A stretch of DNA of 61,135 bases, the filler included. It is 7 parts of 7 records of this genome, joined end to end, with 100 filler letters (N's around TTAATTAATTAA, not from the genome) between each part and the next. Parts side by side here need not be neighbours in the genome. Positions count along the whole stretch, not along the records: positions 18,302 to 26,810 come from SRR31156797_1347; positions 26,911 to 32,711 come from SRR31156797_1352; 5 more parts are not named here. One strand, 5' to 3'. Positions 19,097 to 28,627 of the stretch are shown piece after piece. The position numbers were made by a program, and so were the translations under genes. Below the pieces are notes generated by a model. The model worked only from the letters and a program-made list of their open reading frames with translations, did not search any database and was not told the origin of the DNA. The stretch's first letter is position 1. Every line of letters begins with the position of its first letter.

Positions 19097-22000
19097 CTAC
19101 TTGTCAGTCTTTTTCGACGGACGCGTATTCTGCCATCCGTTACTTCCGTCTCCCTGACCATTGACCTTATCGAAGAATATTTCAATATCATTCTCCGTAA
19201 TCCAGCCGTCACGGTCATAGTCGACTTCCGCTGCATGGCGAATACCCATTGCCCGAAGTTCCTTGACATGGATCGAACGACGCGGTGTCTCGGCAACAGC
19301 CTTTTCACCACCGTTCCACCATGTAGCCTCACCCGTACGCCAGATACGTGAACCGAAGATCAGAATGTCATACGGACCGACACTGAGACCATTGTCGACA
19401 TACCAGTCTCCGTTGAGATCCGTATTCGGCAGTGGTGTACTGCGGAGCGGACCACAGATCAGCGTGATCTGCGGATCGTCCCAGGCCGGGCAATCCCACC
19501 AACTGCATTCACTATGAGCTGGCCCCCAGATACCGAAGGTGAAGTCGGGCTGGTTGAGCTGCCAGTCAAAGTTGAGTGCCATGATGGTGAAGTCCGTCAC
19601 ATCGATAATGTTGTCCGCATCGAAGCTTTCGGAAGGCTTGAAGTTACCGAGCGTCAGAGTCTTATCGTCATCGACACCTGCTCTGATGAACTCGACCTTG
19701 GTCGTATTGAGTCCCGGATCCGGTCCAGCTTCTGCAACCGGAATATCCGGAACAATACGCCAGAGGCCCCAGGTGTCGTGTTTGGCTGCGAAGTTCACTT
19801 CCGCACCGAATTCGATTGGATCATTCTCACCACAGCCAAAGTATGCCAATTCATCACATGGTGTATCCCAAGGACAGGTTTCACCCTGGATGAACGGCAC
19901 CTCAACCCAGACGTAGTCCTTGGTGCTAGTGCCATACGTATCCATGGCGATCTCACCTGGACACAGCGGATATACCGCAAAGGAATCCATCCGGTCGAAC
20001 GCGAGATCGGCCACAACGCTGAGTCTTTCCGAACCTCCGCCTTCACCAATCTCGAAGCGGATCGGTGCCTGATATGCCTTACCATACGGAACACCATACT
20101 GTTCGTACCCTGAATGTTCACCCGGATTCAGCCCCGGATCCAGGAGGAAGTCGAGTCCACCCGGAACGTCATATGTGTCCATCTCTACCTTGGCCATGAA
20201 TCCATGGTGGATATATACATCCTGATATTGAGGCGAGCTGATGTTTCCAGCATCGTCCGTGCAGATCCAGGTAATTCTTGTCCACCCAATGGGGAACTTC
20301 CAGTACAGGTTTCCGCCTTCTTCTTTCCAGACAGGCGGTTGTCCGTCACACATGAGCGCCATCGGGCTGCATTCGTGACATGGATCGCAATTATCGATGC
20401 ACCTGGGCATATAGATTTTGTCCTGGCTGTTCTTACAATTCACATCGACGCAGGCAGGTTCAACTGGAATCCAGGCATGGTCTTCACCAAGCTTGGCAAA
20501 CCATTTGAGTTCTTCCTGCAGATCAACGAGGACAGGCGGCTGATTGTCGACGATCGTTACATCGAAGCAACACTCATAATCATTGCCATGACAATCCATT
20601 GCCTTGACGCAGACCGTACTGGTCCCAACCGGGAAATCGTAGGCAAACTGGATTACTCCTGGAATCGGAATATGCGTCTTAGGTGGATTTGGCGAGACGG
20701 GCTCACCATTCAAGGTGAACATCACTTCAAGCCCCTGGCATTCCTCATAGCAGTTGTCCGAAATCGGGATATCGAACATCATATAGCGACTGCAATAATC
20801 AAGGAATGCGTTCGTTGTCACGTCAGCCGGACATTCGATCATCGGCGGCTCAACATCCTCAACTGTCACATCAAACGTACACTGAATCTGATTCTGTGAG
20901 CAATCTGTTCCAATCGCGAGAACCTCGGTTGTTCCAACCGGGAAGTAGTATGGGAACGAGATTTCATTTCCGCCCACATAATACAGAACAGGATCCGGCG
21001 TGCAGGTCAGCGGGCAGTTATCCTGAATGACTGCTTCGAATGACATCTCACGACCACACTCGCCCGGAGCGGAGTTCGTCGTCACATCGTCCGGACAAGC
21101 CAGAGTCGGCTGCTCATCATCCGTAACGCAAACTTTGAATGTACACGGATGGGCTTCATTGCCGACGCAATCAACGGCCTTTGCTGTCACCATGGTGCAG
21201 CCAAGTTCGAAATCATATTCGGCAGGGATTTCCAGGCCATCCACGAAGTAGGTGATTGTCACTTCACAATCTTCGCAGTTATCCTCTGCAGTAGCGTCAA
21301 GCACCACGCGAGCCGTACAGACGCCAGGATCCGTAGTTACATCGATAAATTTCGGGCAATACGTCCAATCAGGAGGTACTTCATCTTCAACTTTCACGGT
21401 AAAGCAGCATTCCAAAGCTTCGTTGCCATGGCAATCGGTTGCCCGAACACAGACTTCCGTTTCTCCAAGCGGGAATGTGTGTGCAGAAGGATCAAGGATC
21501 TCCTCCGTTCCGATCCAATACGTTACGGACGCCTCTTCACACTCGAGAGGACAATTGTCAGTCACGTCAACGCGAACATCCAACGTAGCTTCACAAACTT
21601 CTTCGTCTGCGTTCGTTGTAATGTCGTTGCATGTAATAACCGGAGGTTCATCATCCGTTACGGTAATCGTCTGCTGACAGGAATCATACAGTTCACCGTC
21701 GCAGCATACCCAGTTAATAACCGTTTCACCGATCGGGAACGGATCTGTCAGTTTTGCGGTGTGATCATCACTCCGCCAGTAATACACATCCGTATCGAAG
21801 CAGTTATCGACACAGGTTGCTTCTCCGATGATTGCCTCGTCGATCACGGCTGAGCATTCGCCCGGATCGGCAGTTACTGTTACATCTGGGGGACAGGTGA
21901 TGTCCGGATTCTGTCCATCATCGACGCAAACTTCAAAAATGCATTGTGCCTGCTGATCACAGATATCCACAATGCTCAACTCGATCAATGTACAGCCAAG

Positions 22001-23089
22001 ATCAAACTGGGTACTGAAGCAATCGCCTGTGCTGCCGTCCGGCTCAGTCCGTGTACAAACCAGATCTGCCGGATCACCACAAACGATAAGGGAATCGATT
22101 ACATCCTGCAGACCTTCCCAGGTTGCGCCACAGGTGTCAGGATCCGTATAAAGCTGAACATCATCTATGCATTCGAAAGACGGCGGTTCAACCGGATCGA
22201 CATAGACATAGAAGCAGCACTGTTCTTCATTGCCACATTCGTCGACAACAGTCCAACAGACCATCGTTTCCCCGACCGGGAACAGATTCCCTGCCGGAAT
22301 ACCATATGGAGTCGGGGTCATATCAGCCTTGGCTGTAACATTGTCACCCCAGTCGAGAGGCTCCAGGTCACCAATATCGACGACAACGCCACAGTCTGTC
22401 CCCATGCAGTCAACCTGGAGATACAGATCTTCCGGGCACTCGATCCAGGGTTTCTGTGTATCGATCGTCGGCCCCGTGCATTCCGTGGTCGAAAGCAGTT
22501 CAAGAGGATTGACCGGTTCGTCGGGATCATATTCGATGGCACCACCGAGAACACCGACCTTATTCAGGAGCTCTCCTCCCAGGCCCTCTTCACGGAAGAG
22601 AAGGCATGGTGTGCAGCTTTCATTCGTACAATCCGGATACACCGTGATTGTAGCAAGATGCACCTCTCCAACGGGGAGATCCAGAATATTGTCTGCAAGA
22701 ACACCGTAGTCCAGTTCACCACTTCTGTACTGTTCGTAATCAGGGAACTGAACAGGGTCTACTGAAGGATTGACTGCTGTAAAACCGGGAGCCGGCTGAA
22801 TATCAATCCCATAGTTGAACATGGATTCATCAACACATCCGGCATCCCACTGAATGAGGAACTGGGCACCAGCGATACCCACACCCTGACCTCCCGGATC
22901 CTTGGCTGTACCCCAGACTTCGACCTGGTACGGACCACACGTCTGCTCATTCAGACAATCCGAACCAGTGTACCGGAATTCCAGCGTACCGGTTTCTCCA
23001 TTCGGTGGCGGAGTCCTCAGTTCCGCACTCACGGCACCAACCATTACAGTCAGTGCCATCGTACACAAGGCTACTTGTTTTAGATTCAT
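19097..23089 (-). CDS. Large secreted Cys-rich protein: cohesin-like domain, about 8 HYR-like repeats, dockerin/EF-hand-like C-terminus
   Basis: GGAGGT SD and signal peptide MNLKQVALC; repeats of the form DxxPPxIxCPxD...FPVGxTxV...D; Ca-loop motifs DADNIIDVTD, DLNGDWYVD, DYDRDGWITEND. Confidence 0.8.
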   Translation of the reverse strand: MNLKQVALCTMALTVMVGAVSAELRTPPPNGETGTLEFRYTGSDCLNEQTCGPYQVEVWGTAKDPGGQGVGIAGAQFLIQWDAGCVDESMFNYGIDIQPAPGFTAVNPSVDPVQFPDYEQYRSGELDYGVLADNILDLPVGEVHLATITVYPDCTNESCTPCLLFREEGLGGELLNKVGVLGGAIEYDPDEPVNPLELLSTTECTGPTIDTQKPWIECPEDLYLQVDCMGTDCGVVVDIGDLEPLDWGDNVTAKADMTPTPYGIPAGNLFPVGETMVCWTVVDECGNEEQCCFYVYVDPVEPPSFECIDDVQLYTDPDTCGATWEGLQDVIDSLIVCGDPADLVCTRTEPDGSTGDCFSTQFDLGCTLIELSIVDICDQQAQCIFEVCVDDGQNPDITCPPDVTVTADPGECSAVIDEAIIGEATCVDNCFDTDVYYWRSDDHTAKLTDPFPIGETVINWVCCDGELYDSCQQTITVTDDEPPVITCNDITTNADEEVCEATLDVRVDVTDNCPLECEEASVTYWIGTEEILDPSAHTFPLGETEVCVRATDCHGNEALECCFTVKVEDEVPPDWTYCPKFIDVTTDPGVCTARVVLDATAEDNCEDCEVTITYFVDGLEIPAEYDFELGCTMVTAKAVDCVGNEAHPCTFKVCVTDDEQPTLACPDDVTTNSAPGECGREMSFEAVIQDNCPLTCTPDPVLYYVGGNEISFPYYFPVGTTEVLAIGTDCSQNQIQCTFDVTVEDVEPPMIECPADVTTNAFLDYCSRYMMFDIPISDNCYEECQGLEVMFTLNGEPVSPNPPKTHIPIPGVIQFAYDFPVGTSTVCVKAMDCHGNDYECCFDVTIVDNQPPVLVDLQEELKWFAKLGEDHAWIPVEPACVDVNCKNSQDKIYMPRCIDNCDPCHECSPMALMCDGQPPVWKEEGGNLYWKFPIGWTRITWICTDDAGNISSPQYQDVYIHHGFMAKVEMDTYDVPGGLDFLLDPGLNPGEHSGYEQYGVPYGKAYQAPIRFEIGEGGGSERLSVVADLAFDRMDSFAVYPLCPGEIAMDTYGTSTKDYVWVEVPFIQGETCPWDTPCDELAYFGCGENDPIEFGAEVNFAAKHDTWGLWRIVPDIPVAEAGPDPGLNTTKVEFIRAGVDDDKTLTLGNFKPSESFDADNIIDVTDFTIMALNFDWQLNQPDFTFGIWGPAHSECSWWDCPAWDDPQITLICGPLRSTPLPNTDLNGDWYVDNGLSVGPYDILIFGSRIWRTGEATWWNGGEKAVAETPRRSIHVKELRAMGIRHAAEVDYDRDGWITENDIEIFFDKVNGQGDGSNGWQNTRPSKKTDK

Positions 23090-24254
23090 TTGAATATCAC
23101 CTCCATAAGAACGATGAAAACTACCTCCCCACACACTAGTGGAAAGCACAATACCCCATCCTCGATTCCACCCCAACTCTTCTCCTTTGCGCTACTTCTT
23201 TCCGCCCCTCTGCAACCTGTCCCCAGCCATCACGAATTCTACTCCCTTCTCTCAACCCGCGGTGTCAGCTCGTCACACACAGAACGCTCTCAAGAAAACA
23301 CAGTGCTGACACAATGCACAGCGCTGACACATCTCAAGAACAGCACTCGCTCCCCATCCGGTTTACTTGAACAACTTCAGAAAAGACTAAAATGAAAAGA
23401 CCAAGATCCCCATCGACATGACTATATCTATCAAAAGATGAAAGCTGAAAACTCTGGCACGCTTCCATTGTCCCCATGTCGCGTCATCAACGAGCAGTCA
23501 CTGGCCCTCGTATACCTTATACGCAACAAAAACGCATGCGCCAAGCAAATAGTGCACTTTTTTTCACTTTTATGACAATCTGTGGCGCTTCAAGAAACGC
23601 TTTAAAATTGCCACATGTTGACACTCCGCGATACTCGAGATTATCTTATTCAGGTAATCTACCGAATCCAGCCAGAGCCAATAATGTTCATCTGGAAATC
23701 ACTTCAAGTGTAAACATGGGTGGTCTACAGAACTGATCAAGCATTACTTCATCTTTCTGAAACAGACTGCTTCGCGTACACCATCATTTGAAACATTCAA
23801 AACACAATCCCAACTTACGTTATCGTGAAAAACAACTACTACATCTATAAAACGGCCAAGAAACAACATGAATGATACAAATAAAACCTGAATTTTGATC
23901 TACATCATCCAGATCCGCATCCTGCTAAGCCATAACATGCCAATCCTTCACAAACTCTTCACAACATAAGCGACTAAGTCGAAACGAAATTGAAACAAGA
24001 CACAAGGCCTATCAGCCCAATCGCACTCGAGTCCCGAACACCCAATCTGGTATGTCAACAAACCAGGGCAGACTTTTTTGTCAGACTCGATAATTATCTT
24101 TCAGCTTATTTTGATAACTGCGGAAACCAGGAGATGGTAAGATTGCATGATTCAATAAAGTAGAACTTTCATCCCATTAACTAAGCGAAGCTCCCTGATC
24201 GAGTCATGCCAGTTTTTTGTCTGTTTAACAGTAATGCGATAGAAAGATCTGATC

Positions 24255-24782
24255 TTAGCGCTTGTAAACTTCTGCTACCTTCACAATCTCATCAATCCGT
24301 TCCTGCGTGAAGACTGGAGAAAAGTAATCACGGAATGCCTTCTCTTGAATATGGCCTACCGTAATACCCTTCTGAGAATGCACTGGTGCAATTCTGGAAA
24401 TATTTTTCCAGGGAATCACTACAGGCTTTTGAATATCCAACCTGAGAAGCAAACCCTCTGGAATCAGGGCAACAATATGCCCTTTTTTTCGCCTGTAAAA
24501 ATATATCCCCACACCCAAAACAGTAATCAGAAGAATAATCGTGATGTAGATCGACCTGGAAAAAAGGACATTGGGATTCCTGGCATTGAAAAGAACCAGC
24601 CCAAACTGCAGAACAAGAAGTCCCCAGAATCTTATCCTGGGGATACCTGAACGCCAGAGTCGAGAATTTCGATCATACCTGCACCCGCACTCCGGACATG
24701 CATATTCATCCGGGAGTCCACGAAGCGAATAATCACATTTCGGGCATTCATCAATAGTTCTGGTTGTGATTTCTTCAGCCAT
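24255..24782 (-). CDS. Zn-ribbon membrane protein
   Basis: CPKCDYSLRGL..CPECG, two TM helices, then a PH-like IPWKNISRI segment. Confidence 0.7.
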   Translation of the reverse strand: MAEEITTRTIDECPKCDYSLRGLPDEYACPECGCRYDRNSRLWRSGIPRIRFWGLLVLQFGLVLFNARNPNVLFSRSIYITIILLITVLGVGIYFYRRKKGHIVALIPEGLLLRLDIQKPVVIPWKNISRIAPVHSQKGITVGHIQEKAFRDYFSPVFTQERIDEIVKVAEVYKR

Positions 24783-24877
24783 GCCTGTTATCCTGGTAGC
24801 TGATACATCTTGCGAATCCCCTGATTATCGTAAACAATACGGCTTCGAAAACCAATAATAAGAAAAGAGGGATATTC

Positions 24878-25750
24878 ATGATCGGAATCATCGGCGGTAC
24901 TGGCCTCGGGAAGGTGCTCGAATCGAGCGAATCGGGAGAACGGATTGTACTGGATACCCCGTTCGGGAAACCCAGTGGTCCTTATATTAAGACGATCTGG
25001 GCCGGGGCAGAAGTCGTATTCCTGAGCCGGCATGGTGAAGGCCATATTCACAGCCCTACATCTGTCCCCTACCAGGCAAACATTTTCGGCTTCAAGATGC
25101 TGGGCGTGAATACAATAATTGCCAGTGGTGCTGTCGGGAGCCTTCGTGAAGATTTCGAACCGGGACACCTCGTCATCTGTGACCAGGTCATCGATAGAAC
25201 GATCGCACGCAAGAAGACCTTCTTCGAGAAGAATCTGGTTGCTCACGTTGAGTTTGCCGATCCCTTCTGCCCTACCTTAAGGGAGGGCATCCTTTCGGTC
25301 ACGGAAAGTGTCAATACAACAGTTCATCCCAGCGGAACGTATGTCTGCATGGAAGGTCCGCAGTTTTCAACAAAAGCCGAATCCAGGATGCACCAGCAGA
25401 TGGGAGGCGACCTGATCGGCATGACCTGCATGCCCGAGGCAAAACTGGCCAGGGAGGCGGAGATTTCGTACGCCCTGGTTGCACTCCCTACAGATTACGA
25501 CTGCTGGCGTCCTCATGAACCCGGGAAAGACAAGAAAGCCCTCCTGGCCGAGATCATTGGGAATCTGAACAAGGCAACTGAGAACGCCAACACCCTGATT
25601 CGTGCGGCGGTTGAGAAGCTGGCATCCAATCCAATTGCCGACTGTGATGCGTGGCATGCATTGGAGATGGGAATCTGGTCTGACCGAAAAGCTGTTGACC
25701 CGAAGATCATGCAGGAGATGGAGCCGATCATCGGCAAGTATTTCTCCTGA
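24878..25750 (+). CDS. mtnP: S-methyl-5'-thioadenosine phosphorylase
   Basis: IGIIGGTG, TPFGKPS, RHG, EGPQFSTKAES, GMTCMPEAKLAREAE, TDYDCW. Confidence 0.94.
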   Translation: MIGIIGGTGLGKVLESSESGERIVLDTPFGKPSGPYIKTIWAGAEVVFLSRHGEGHIHSPTSVPYQANIFGFKMLGVNTIIASGAVGSLREDFEPGHLVICDQVIDRTIARKKTFFEKNLVAHVEFADPFCPTLREGILSVTESVNTTVHPSGTYVCMEGPQFSTKAESRMHQQMGGDLIGMTCMPEAKLAREAEISYALVALPTDYDCWRPHEPGKDKKALLAEIIGNLNKATENANTLIRAAVEKLASNPIADCDAWHALEMGIWSDRKAVDPKIMQEMEPIIGKYFS

Positions 25751-25755
25751 TCAGT

Positions 25756-26577
25756 TTACCTGATCGCCTCACGGACGCGTAGAAGCCTGACCAGGAGCCT
25801 TTCCAGATCGTCGAGAGGATAGACCGTCGCGGGATCAGACATGGCTTTTTCCGGGAAATCGTGAACCTCCAGGAAGAGGCCATCAACGCCTGCAGCAACT
25901 GCAGACAGAGCCAGCGGTTCGACGAATTCACGAGCCCCACCGCTGAGCGTTCCAGCTCCACCGGGCTGCTGGCAACTGTGTGTCGCATCGAAAATAACCG
26001 GGGCCAGACGCTTCATCCGGGGGATGGAAGTCATATCATTGACCAATCGGTTGTATCCGAAGAACGTTCCCCGTTCGCACAGCATGACATTCTGATTGCC
26101 TTCTGCCGTGATCTTTGAAACGACGTTGCTCATTTCTTCCGGGGACATGAACTGCCCCTTCTTGACATTGATACACTTTCCGGTTTTTGCCGCGGCTAGA
26201 AGGAGATCCGTCTGTCGGCAGAGAAACGCGGGGATCTGGACACAATCGAGTATCTGGCCAGCCAGTTTCGCCTGGTCCGGCAGGTGGATGTCAGAAACTA
26301 CGGGAAAACCCGTTCGCTCACGCACTTCGGCGAGAATCTCCAGACCCTCTTCAGGTCCAGGTCCACGGAAACTAGTCCCGCTTGATCGATTGGCTTTGTC
26401 GTAGCTGGCTTTGAATACAAAAGGGATATCAAGGCGTAATGCCATCGCACCAATGCTCTCCGCCATCCGGAATGTATGCTCCCGTGACTCAATGACACAT
26501 GGACCTGCCAGGAGAATCAGAGGCTGATCGGCTCCAACTGCATGTTCCCACAACCTGACCTGATGAATCGTTTCCAT
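25756..26577 (-). CDS. kdsA: KDO 8-phosphate synthase
   Basis: AGPCVIES, KASYDKANRSS, QIPAFLCRQTDLL, KKGQF, DATHS; exact start uncertain. Confidence 0.95.
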   Translation of the reverse strand: METIHQVRLWEHAVGADQPLILLAGPCVIESREHTFRMAESIGAMALRLDIPFVFKASYDKANRSSGTSFRGPGPEEGLEILAEVRERTGFPVVSDIHLPDQAKLAGQILDCVQIPAFLCRQTDLLLAAAKTGKCINVKKGQFMSPEEMSNVVSKITAEGNQNVMLCERGTFFGYNRLVNDMTSIPRMKRLAPVIFDATHSCQQPGGAGTLSGGAREFVEPLALSAVAAGVDGLFLEVHDFPEKAMSDPATVYPLDDLERLLVRLLRVREAIR

Positions 26578-26621
26578 ATCCTGTCCAATCAATCTCAAGG
26601 GTATTCAAGCTGTTATGCTGT

Positions 26622-26810
26622 CTACACTGCGCCGGTTTCTGCAAGCAATTCCTGCAATGTTCCGAGAACATCACAACCGAGATAGATGAAGCGATCCACG
26701 CCCGCATCGCGCCATGCCTGTTCATTGTCACCCGGTCGACCAGCGAGCACTACCGTGGCTGCTCCAGCTGCTTTGAGCTTCGGAGCGACATCGGCAACCA
26801 TGGTTTCGTA
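26622..26810 (-). CDS. mutA: C-terminus of methylmalonyl-CoA mutase small subunit (partial; not in the ORF track)
   Basis: Manual translation YETMVADVAPKLKAAGAATVVLAGRPGDNEQAWRDAGVDRFIYLGCDVLGTLQELLAETGAV*. Confidence 0.7.
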   Translation of the reverse strand, partial: YETMVADVAPKLKAAGAATVVLAGRPGDNEQAWRDAGVDRFIYLGCDVLGTLQELLAETGAV

Positions 26811-26910
26811 NNNNNNNNNNNNNNNNNNNNNNNNNNNNNNNNNNNNNNNNNNNNTTAATTAATTAANNNNNNNNNNNNNNNNNNNNNNNNNNNNNNNNNN
26901 NNNNNNNNNN
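26811..26910. other. Artificial contig spacer
   Basis: N44-TTAATTAATTAA-N44. Confidence 0.98.
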
Positions 26911-26966
26911 AACCTGAACAAATAGATTTTTTTAACTCCCCGGGCAGGGGGAAAGATAAAATCAAT

Positions 26967-27812
26967 ATGTTGCATCCAATGTTTGACAATAAAATGGCTG
27001 GTTGGCTTGAAAATCAAGGATACAATTTTCCTCCTAAACTTATTGTTTCTTTTTCCGGAGGGAAGGATTCAACCGCCATGGTTCACCGGCTTTTGTCTTG
27101 GGGGTTTCCAATTGATGCACTTTTATTTTTTGATGCTGGATGGGAATTTCCGGCAATGTATGATCACTTGGCCGAAGTTGAGAAAAAAACAGGTCTTAAA
27201 ATTATCCATGTAAAGCCCAGAAAGCCGTTTAATGAACTTTTGCGGCGTTATAGGTGGCCTGATAGTCAGCGCCGATGGTGTACCAGGGAGAAAATAGATG
27301 CCTGCACGAAATGGATAAACCAAAATTATAATAAGAAACAGGATTATATAATTCATTGCGTGGGCTTTGCTGTTGACGAGTTAACCCGGACACATTCAAA
27401 AGAAATGCTTAAAAAGGGACAAGTTATGTTCCCTTTACTCAATAATTATTCATGTGATCCTAAAACCGCCCGGCTGCTGGTTGATAGTGATTTATCAATG
27501 AGCGAGGCCCAGGCCCTGAAATATTGTAAAGACCTAGGGTACACATGGGGCGGTTTATATAATGACTTTGACCGGGTTTCTTGTTTTTGCTGTCCGTTGA
27601 AACGAAAAAAGGATTTAAGAATCCTTTACAATAAATATCCCGATCTTTGGCGGAGAGCTCTTGAAATGGAAAGATCTATCCCTGAAACAGAGCGATACAT
27701 TACGTTTAGGGATAAGGAATCATTAGTTCAAATAAATGAAAGACTTTCAATCGTTACCACGAATTTAGGCCAAATTCAGGAAAGAGAGCAGGGCGATTTA
27801 TTCGCCGCTTAA
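26967..27812 (+). CDS. PAPS-reductase-family (PP-loop) protein, mobile-element type
   Basis: VSFSGGKDS PP-loop; RRWCT and RVSCFCCP Cys motifs. Confidence 0.88.
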   Translation: MLHPMFDNKMAGWLENQGYNFPPKLIVSFSGGKDSTAMVHRLLSWGFPIDALLFFDAGWEFPAMYDHLAEVEKKTGLKIIHVKPRKPFNELLRRYRWPDSQRRWCTREKIDACTKWINQNYNKKQDYIIHCVGFAVDELTRTHSKEMLKKGQVMFPLLNNYSCDPKTARLLVDSDLSMSEAQALKYCKDLGYTWGGLYNDFDRVSCFCCPLKRKKDLRILYNKYPDLWRRALEMERSIPETERYITFRDKESLVQINERLSIVTTNLGQIQEREQGDLFAA

Positions 27813-27912
27813 ATTAGTAATAGAGCTTTGGTTTTTACCAGGGTTAACCCGTGGACCCGGGCAGGGGCCACATTATTTAAATCCTTTTTAGCAAGGGAAA
27901 GGAGTTTTACAA

Positions 27913-28230
27913 ATGGAGTTAACAAATGAGCAATTAAAGGGTCTGCCAGCGTTAGGGCAGATGCAGGATATAGAACCAGCTCAAAAAAAAATATATATCC
28001 ATTTCTTTTTGGGGTGCTCTAATTGGTATGCGGCTGAGTTTGACCCTAAAACACGTACATTTTTTGGGCTTCGTGTATTAGGACGAGATTTCAAAAATGC
28101 CGAATGGGGTTATTTTTCTTTGGCTGAGTTGCAGAGCTTAAGGTTACATTTTTTTATGAAGGTTGAAACAGATCCTTATTTCATTCCAAAACCAGCTGGT
28201 GAAATAGAGTTTATCAGGGAATATATCTAA
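27913..28230 (+). CDS. DUF2958-like protein
   Basis: HFF...WYAAEFD...FFGL...EWGYFSLAEL...ETDPYF pattern. Confidence 0.75.
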   Translation: MELTNEQLKGLPALGQMQDIEPAQKKIYIHFFLGCSNWYAAEFDPKTRTFFGLRVLGRDFKNAEWGYFSLAELQSLRLHFFMKVETDPYFIPKPAGEIEFIREYI

Positions 28231-28241
28231 TAAATGTTAAA

Positions 28242-28266
28242 GCCCTGGGGGAATCCCCCCCAGGGC
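28242..28266. terminator. GC-rich hairpin after the DUF2958-like gene
   Basis: GCCCTGGGGG-aatcc-CCCCCAGGGC, 10-bp stem; no immediate U tract. Confidence 0.55.
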
Positions 28267-28301
28267 ATAATGATTTTTAAATGATAAACTAAATGTTTCT
28301 T

Positions 28302-28331
28302 ATTGTGCAACAGTATACAATTTGGTATGAT
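28302..28331 (+). promoter_or_regulatory. higBA promoter/operator, probably leaderless
   Basis: TTGTGC-17-TATGAT with a TG extension, 6 nt before ATG 28338; ATTGT...ACAAT inverted repeat over the -35 and spacer. Confidence 0.5.
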
Positions 28332-28337
28332 ATATTT

Positions 28338-28616
28338 ATGATAAAGAGCTTTAAACATAAAGGGTTAAAAAAGTTTTTTACAACCGGCAGCACCGCCGGG
28401 ATTAATCCTAAACACGCTTCGAAATTAGAGGAACGATTACAAGCATTGCATACGGCTTTTACACTTGATGATATGGATATCCCCGGTTGGCGGCTGCACT
28501 CGCTAAAGGGTGATCATGCCGGGTTACATGCCGTTGATGTGAACAAAAATTGGCGAGTTGTTTTTGAGTTCAAAGACGGCCATGCTTATATCGTTAATTA
28601 TGAGGATTACCATTAA
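28338..28616 (+). CDS. higB: HigB (RelE-family) toxin
   Basis: MIKSFKHKGLKKFF, PGWRLHSLKGD, VNKNWRVVFEF, terminal YEDYH. Confidence 0.93.
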   Translation: MIKSFKHKGLKKFFTTGSTAGINPKHASKLEERLQALHTAFTLDDMDIPGWRLHSLKGDHAGLHAVDVNKNWRVVFEFKDGHAYIVNYEDYH

Positions 28617-28627
28617 AAGGGGGAATT

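Noticed and set aside
19034-23395. Many long plus-strand ORFs opposite the HYR gene
   Set aside because: Antisense shadows of a codon-biased repetitive gene; no recognisable motifs.
23455-23472. TGGCAC as a possible sigma54 promoter
   Set aside because: The -12 TTGC element is absent at the required spacing.
23476-23736. 86-aa ORF in the long intergenic gap
   Set aside because: No SD or motif; composition looks non-coding.
23965-23996. CGAC-TAA-GTCGAAAC followed by ATTGAAAC, resembling a hammerhead stem II or a CRISPR repeat end
   Set aside because: No CUGANGA core; single copy, no spacer periodicity, no cas genes.
24788-25246. 152-aa minus-strand ORF overlapping mtnP
   Set aside because: Antisense to a clearly conserved gene.
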